Source of the DNA: Catajapyx aquilonaris
Lineage: Eukaryota
NCBI GenBank assembly: GCA_000934665.2
Contig: KZ538645.1
Span: 1-57,058 of the forward strand
Reading direction: 5' to 3'
DNA length: 57,058 bases
Part shown: piece by piece, positions 50,152 through 57,058 of the stretch
Position numbering within the stretch: the stretch's first letter is position 1
Layout: each line of letters starts with the position of its first letter
Program-made: the position numbers and the translations under genes
Notes under the pieces: model-generated
Told to the model about the DNA's origin: nothing
Seen by the model: the letters and a program-made list of their open reading frames with translations, nothing else
Database searches by the model: none

Positions 50152-51736
50152 CTACAGGAAATAATTATGTCTAAGGATGAGACTACAGTTCCAACAAAAA
50201 CAATGGAAAATATTATTTCACCAATATCAATTATTGTGCAACCAGAACTAGTTTTTTTTACAAAGACTTGCTGGGCATTGTAATATTGACATTTTTCAAG
50301 TCACAGGTCATAGCTTGTTGAAGAAACTTATAAGCTCAATGACACTCAGCTTCTTCACATAATAAATTGTAGGCTGTATTACTAAGTGTAAGAAGAAAAA
50401 TGGTTGCACATAGAGTATGTCACAATGATTTTTGTCTTTTTAAACCATCCATACCAATAGCTAATAGCTCTTGTCCATACCCAGTAGAAAGTCATGTAAT
50501 GCCAGTCATGTCCTTCAAAAAACACACACCATATTGGTGTTGGATATGAATGAAAGGGTTTCAAAACCAGGAGTCAAGTGTGATACAGAATAAGATTGAA
50601 TGCATAAGTGGGTGGAGATGAATGTGGTTTGTCATGCCATATGGGCACCTGCAGCAATCAAGATATTATTTTATAGACAACCATGGATAAATTTACCACA
50701 AGATATTTCAGGGACACTATTACCGTACTACTTTAGAGCACATTGCCTTTGGCTGAAACTGCAGTCAACACACAAGAGAGAGTGAGTATACAGTATAAGG
50801 AGGTAGTTTTTTGATTGGCTGATCATAAAATAAAAACTGCACTAATAATGAATTCCATTAGAAGAAATGTTACAATCAAAAACTCAATTACATAATGGAA
50901 CTTGTTGAAAAAAGCTAAAATTGCAACACCATCATGCACACCAAGACAAATACCATCCAGTGCACAATATTACTATTTGTATCATCCCAAAGGCACTTAC
51001 AGGACATACTTCTTTGGTGCAATGTGCAAGTTAGTTGATATCTTGAGGTTGGGAGCATTGGCTTGTTCTGCACTCATTATCTCTGAAGGCCAATGGAGCC
51101 TGGTACCATTGTTGATGCATACCTCAACAGAAAATGGGCTGGCCACTATGCTTTTTTGCAGCCAGGAAACCTATTTTCCCTGATCAAAGGTGGTTTCTGC
51201 AAGGGTTTCTGCCTCATCGTATCCAGTCATTGTTGCCACAGGTGAGCACAGAAGCAACTTCCAGAGACTCGTACCCTTCCTGAAAAAAATGTGCATAGTA
51301 AAAGGCTCTTTCAACTGAAAGTGATCCAGTCAGCCATAAGTAAAATGGTAGAATAAGTGAATGGTTACAAATCCATTCAGAAACAAGTAGATTACACATC
51401 CCCACAGTCATGTCTTGACTATGAAAGAACCACTACTTGGTCAACATGTATCTGCATTACACGAGAGCCACATATTAGAATCCCCCCCCCCCTATCAAGC
51501 CCATGAACCAAAATTGCTGGGATAATGTGGAACAAGACCCGAGGGATGCTAGCACCGCGTTGCTCCACCAGTTTGTCAATTCCTGCAGGGGTACCAACTG
51601 AAAGGTTGTACCCAATTTTGACTCTGATTGACTTGACATGTCAAGGCCATGATATCGAAATTCCCTTCCATTAGTAGGTTGCCATATTATTCTGCATCAT
51701 TGACCTTCCATTGTTTGATCTTTGACATGCAGACAC

Positions 51737-52135
51737 AGAGTTCCTTGCTTGAATTGATCCGCTGACCTCTCAGCCCGCACACGACAAATTTTCTCTCAAA
51801 TGGCCAGACGTGACCTTCTGGCCCCTGCGGAGAGGCTGTGCAAATTCCACGAGGGTTCAAGAAATAGTTGGCGACCCAGGTCATGTCAGGTCCAACCCCA
51901 CCCATTTTGCCCTATCATATAGCATGTAAAGAGTTCCTTGCTTAAGTGATCTGCTGACCTCTCAGCCCGCCCACGACAGATTTTCTCTAAAATGGCCAGA
52001 CGTGACCTTCTGGCCCCTGCGGAGAGGCTGTGCAAATTCCACGAGGGTTCAAGAAATAGTTCGCGACCCAGGTCAGGTCAGGTCCAACCCCACCCGTTTT
52101 GCCCTATCATATAGCATGTAAAGAGTTCCTTGCTT
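51737..52135. repeat. Tandem duplication, unit about 192 bp, two copies
   Basis: AGAGTTCCTTGCTT recurs at 51737, 51930 and 52122; units nearly identical. Confidence 0.92.
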
Positions 52136-52371
52136 ACGCCAGCAGGAAGAATTCAGTGTTTCGCTTATGTTAGACAATGACACGGTAACAAAGTCCGTTC
52201 GCAGGGCGAAAATAAACATTTGCATATTGCTCCAGAAATTTATTGTTCAAAATTTCAGTTCATATAAGGGAAAGTATGGCGGCCTCTCTTTATGCTCACC
52301 GGCTGTACAGAACAAACAATATTTCTGATATGTGAACATACATTTCATCATCAACAATGCTCCCAACTAGG

Positions 52372-52570
52372 TAGTGGCGGATCTATGGGGGGNNNNNNNN
52401 NNNNNNNNNNNNNNNNNNNNNNNNNNNNNNNNNNNNNNNNNNNNNNNNNNNNNNNNNNNNNNNNNNNNNNNNNNNNNNNNNNNNNNNNNNNNNNNNNNNN
52501 NNNNNNNNNNNNNNNNNNNNNNNNNNNNNNNNCCCCCCCCCCCCAACAACGACGTCTAGATCCGCCACTG
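52372..52570. mobile_element. MITE with (C)AGTGGCGGATCT TIRs and poly-G/C core (assembly gap)
   Basis: 8-bp TSD CAACTAGG/CAATTAGG. Confidence 0.8.
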
Positions 52571-52585
52571 CAATTAGGCAACCAC

Positions 52586-52821
52586 TAGGGCTGTGCGATA
52601 TCCGAAAAAATATCGAATCGAAGTCGATATATCGAAAATCGAAAAACCGACATCGAAAACCGACATCGCAAAATATCGCAAATCAAAAATCCCATAGAGG
52701 CGACAAAAAGCAACATCGCGATATTCGATACATCGCACATGCCAAGCGTCGGATATCGCAACTTCGATATTAGGAAAATATCGTATCGACAGTCGATTTA
52801 TCGAAATATCGCACAGCCCTA
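52586..52821. mobile_element. hAT MITE with ATCG-rich interior
   Basis: TIR TAGGGCTGTGCGATAT...ATATCGCACAGCCCTA; TSD GCAACCAC/GCAACTAT. Confidence 0.88.
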
Positions 52822-53315
52822 GCAACTATACTCTCCTGACCCCCAGAAGCTAATCCCCGCACTTCTTGCCAGGCTTGGAACAAGTGGCCTATGTTACCCC
52901 GTACATGACGCAACAATTAATTTTTAAGTATATATGGACACCAAAATGAAAATTTAAGCTATGCAGTATAACTACCTTAAAAGGACTGTTGCAGGTTATG
53001 TTTCATCATCTTTATAGCGAATTAAATTCAAACAGATGATGTTGGCGATGAAAGTTACGTATAGGGTATAAATTTATGATGCAATTATCCTAAACATCAT
53101 TAAGATTTTACAAAGTTACCTTTGACACAAACACAATATTCAAATATGCAGTCCAAAACTGCACTAAAATATGGAGCTTATGTCATGAAAAATAACATTT
53201 CATCTCAAAACAGTGTTGCCAAAATCAGTGTCCGAAATTTACGCTGCAAAATGGCTTAAGTTACCCACCCGGCTTAAGTAACCCCGTTTGACGGTAACTA
53301 CAGAGTCAGTATAAT

Positions 53316-53455
53316 CAGTGCCGTATCCAGGGGGGGGGGGGGTTGGGGGGTTCAACCCCCNNNNNNNNNNNNNNNNNNNNNNNNNNNNNNNNNNNNNNNN
53401 NNNNNNNNNNNNNNNNCCCCCCCCCCCCCGAACAAAAATTCTGTATACGGCGCTG
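53316..53455. mobile_element. MITE with CAGTGCCGTAT TIRs and poly-G/C core (assembly gap)
   Basis: Perfect 8-bp TSD AGTATAAT. Confidence 0.85.
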
Positions 53456-54522
53456 AGTATAATTATTTGTAAATAAGGGTTAACTCAGGGTTAACCTAAA
53501 CTAAGAGGACTAACTACTGTATTACGTCTCATAAAGCTGCATCCCGGTGTAGTTGAAGTCCACCAGTTTTACGCACTCACGGAGTGAGCCAAGTTCGCAC
53601 GAGCAGACGCTTTGCGAACGAGAAAAGGAGGTTGCCCTAGGTTTTCTCGTACGAGCTCCAGCACATGCGACCATATCTGTTTGGGAGAGGTTTTCTCTTA
53701 TTGGAAAACAGGAATTCGTATCCATTGCTCCCCCGCTTTCCCCCTCCTCCCACTTCACCTGGGCCAATCCGAGCCTTCCCCCTCTGCCAACCCTCCATAA
53801 CGTGAACGGGAAAGGCGCGCGCACAGCCGCACACACAAATTTGACTTGAACAACCGCCCCCATCATTTCGGAACCAATCAGCGTCCCGGTAGAGAGTGTA
53901 CTTTTCCCTCCATCCAAGATGGCTGCAACTGAGAAGTACAGCAAAGTGAGACCTTGAGGTTACCTTCTCTGCCGATTCCATAATCAGAACACAGACTCTG
54001 CCTCGTTACGCTTTGCTTTAATCCGCTTTGCTCCAGGTAGGATTACAGCACTTATTACAGCTCACCTCAGGGGAGACGCCGCTCCCTGCGTCCACCCTTC
54101 TCGGCTGCACACACTCCCTCCCTCTCCCCCCTCCCCGCCGCCTGCAAGTGGTGCCAATCACACCGCACCACCAAGGTGCCAATCTCGCGGCGGGGAAGTA
54201 CAATTCTGTCACATCACCCCGGACACTAGCTTAAGTGACCAGGAGGAACTCACCAAACATTACAAAAATAAGAAATTGAACCATCAAACGACCGATGTGA
54301 TGTGGCGGGGGTGAGAGGGGCAAAGGGGAAACAGTTTGCCGAGTTTGCCCAAAGTGCCTGTTCATCTCCAGCTGTTCCACAGCCGGATGGTCTCGGGCTC
54401 TCGCTTGGCTGCAACCTCCTCTCTCGACCCCTGCTTCACGCCGGGTCAGCATCCAGACAGTCCCCACGCCAGCGGTGCACCGACGTCCATCCCGCACGAC
54501 ACCATGTCCGGCCGTAGCAATG

Positions 54523-55116
54523 CCAACCACTCAATTTTTTGGGTGGTGGGCGAACTACACAGGGGATGGGAAAGTATCTTCGGTAAAATAATAATGAGCA
54601 GGCTTGTCATCCTGTTAGAAAATAGCACAAACCGCTATGCTACGTGATGCAGAAAGCTGGCATTGTGGCAGCAGTAATAGTGACAATATTATGTAAATAT
54701 AAGCAAGTACACTAGAATGCCTCTATGGCTGTTTTGAAATCATACATCTTTTGTGACATCCAGTACATGTAGTTGGTTGTGTGAGTTGATGGTTTTTACA
54801 AGAGAGGACGGGATGCAGGGGATGTCGGTGATGGACCTGTATTCCGAAATGTTTATTCAAAAAGTTCAAAACTGCAAGAATCATGACACAAACAATACGC
54901 GTATTGCATTTTTCGTCAGTGACACCTGAAATAAGTATTTCACACTATTGCCGCATGAAAGCCGCAGACTAATCGGCAAGGAGCATAGCCTCTCTCCCGA
55001 TAAACTATTTTAATATTATAATCAATCAATCAATATTATGACCTCTTGAGGTCAGAGTGACGACCTAGCGAGGTCAGATCTCAAATTCGCGCCTAGGCGT
55101 GGGTGACCTAGAGATG
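54523..55116 (+). repeat. Direct duplicate of about 38630-39625 lacking the retroposon insertion
   Basis: Near-identical sequence from CCAACCACTCAATTTTTTGGG to GGTGACCTAGAGATG. Confidence 0.9.
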
Positions 55117-55390
55117 GACTTTTGGACTAGTATCGATATGCCGATATATCGATATGAAAATTTCCCCGATATTGATCTATCGATATATCGGTGAAAATAT
55201 GGATATTATCGATAATATCGGCATTTTCAAGTATTTGTATTTTTACATGCATATTCGTGCCAGCAGATCAGTTGGTGAGAACTAAGAAGAATAGGCTCTA
55301 GCGTAAGAGTATTTTTCAAAAAAAATGGATCTGTCCCTCCCAACCCCGAAAAGTTTCCCCAATTTGGAACGAGCGCCCATCGAGTGGTCC

Positions 55391-55630
55391 TATCGAACCA
55401 ACTCGTATTTCTTGGTCGGACGGGGTGCTTGGGAGAATATCCCACCCCCATCCCTGGGTTGGACCCGGCATTGCAGTACAGCCGGGTCCAGCCCTCCTCT
55501 CCCCCACCCTTCTCACCCACCCCTACCTTGCAATCCCACACCTTCCTCTCCTACCCCCGGCTGTCAAGGCTTGACTCAGACAGAGCCATACAAGCTGGGT
55601 AACCCTTCCAAACCAACCAACCAAAACCAA
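55391..55630 (+). mobile_element. Second copy of the (CCAA)n-tailed retroposon 3' end
   Basis: Highly similar to 39250-39480. Confidence 0.85.
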
Positions 55631-56960
55631 GTTAATTAGCATAGTTTGAACACGATTGTAGTGCGATAAACTCTTTTAATATTATCTATCTATCAATATT
55701 ATGACCTCTTGAGGTCAGAGTGACGACCTAGCGACTGTAACAAAATATTGGACTCATTTTTGCATTTACTATTAATTTGCCGACAATTTTTTTTGTAGAG
55801 AAACAATAATGGAATTCCAACCTGATGTCCACATAAATACTATGTATACGCTCTAACTTCAAAACTAAATGACGCATGAACGTAGTAATTTTTTTCAGCT
55901 ATGCTAAGACCTCCCTGGTATCAAATATATCATCTACCGTAGGCAGTTAGTTGCATTTTTGTTCAGGTTACTATAGGGGATATGCTGACTTGTGACAAGA
56001 GTGAAAACTTAAATTCGCTCACCTGAAAAATTACACTTTTGTGGGTTATCACCTTTTTCCACCACACCCCTCATGTGTAAGAATATCTTGACGTACTAGT
56101 GACTAAAATAGGCACTGAATAGGTAAAATTTTCTAGGGATTCAGTTTTTCTTCAGTCTTGAAAGTAATTACAAGAATACGTACAATCATGACAACTGGGT
56201 CGATTTAAAACCCCAATACTATTAGCAGCATATTTTTATTATGAATGTCGGTTCTCACAAATGTGACATGTCTCCAAGCATGTCTCCAAGCATGTCTCTC
56301 GTTCTTTGCAAAAAAGTGGCTTCGTTTCCTCCCCAAAAAAGGTGACTCCCAGCTAAGCCTGTTATTGCAGAGTTCAGCAGCACAGGCTGCTTTCATTGCT
56401 TTTGCACTTTTCCTAAAGTGGAGCCCGTAATCATGAAGGATGGCTTTCATGCAGCCTACCAAGGTCGTACAATGAACAAGTAACATGTCAGGTACTCCCA
56501 AGTTACGGTACGTGGGAAACATGATGTTGTAAAGTGCAATATTTACACTAGAACTTTAGAAATCACTTACCTAGTCTTCTAATCAAGTATATGAAGGGGT
56601 CGGTGCAATACTGCCCTAACCCACCAAATGACACAAATTGAGTTTCGCGCACTTCCATATACTACACTCAAATATCTAATAAAGTACACTGAGATTGTCC
56701 AGTTTCTGCCATTTGTCGGTGAGAAATCAAACAATGTTTTTATTGCTGCAAGGTTATGAATGCCTTTTCTGCAGCAAAACCGCCCTAACCCTCCGTCTTC
56801 ATATATTGCAGCGCGCAGGATGCAGCTGCGAGCAGCTGTGTCTCACGAGTCGGGCTTAAATAGTGAGCTTTTGCCTGATGACACCGATGTGGATGAGAGT
56901 ACCTAAGATTCAGAGTTCGATCCTGATAATCATGATGTGCAAAGTAGTAGTCCATTGCAG

Positions 56961-56961
56961 C

Positions 56962-57025
<64 letters not shown>
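56961..57025. repeat. (AAT)n microsatellite
   Basis: Directly visible. Confidence 0.95.
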
Positions 57026-57026
<1 letters not shown>

Positions 57027-57058
57027 CGTAGTTGGGTCATTCCATGTCAAGACAGACA

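Noticed and set aside
56205..56940. 105-aa ORF and an acidic stretch suggestive of a transposase relic
   Set aside because: No recognisable motif; the two signals are on opposite strands.

Overview
Eukaryotic, repeat-rich genomic DNA. It is probably from an insect or other arthropod, inferred from the SINE, Helitron and mariner family signatures; most short ORFs in the track are spurious. Host genes I can support: (1) a spliced, intact but unusually divergent Sm D3 gene on the - strand (coding exons 48190-48505 and 46306-46370, 126 aa); (2) a tRNA-Gln(TTG) gene just upstream of it; (3) a 7-coding-exon, about 903-aa gene on the + strand (32684-37287) whose intron phases are all consistent but whose family I do not recognise. 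Relics: an Hsp70 pseudogene fragment, a spliced Harbinger-type Myb/SANT coiled-coil gene with two in-frame TAG stops, a deleted mariner, and decayed Tc1/mariner, CACTA-like and pogo-like transposase fragments. The remainder holds many MITEs and foldbacks (TA and 8-bp TSD classes), non-autonomous Helitrons, tRNA-derived SINEs, LINE-like tails, tandem arrays and local duplications. Best leads: the divergent SmD3; the orphan gene with a 7-aa repeat; a foldback family seen in flip/flop isomers; SINEs with compensatory hairpin changes and a shared tail; a retroposon tail found twice next to the same motif; and 69/70-bp structured arrays bracketing the Myb/SANT gene. All family assignments are by eye; no searches were run.
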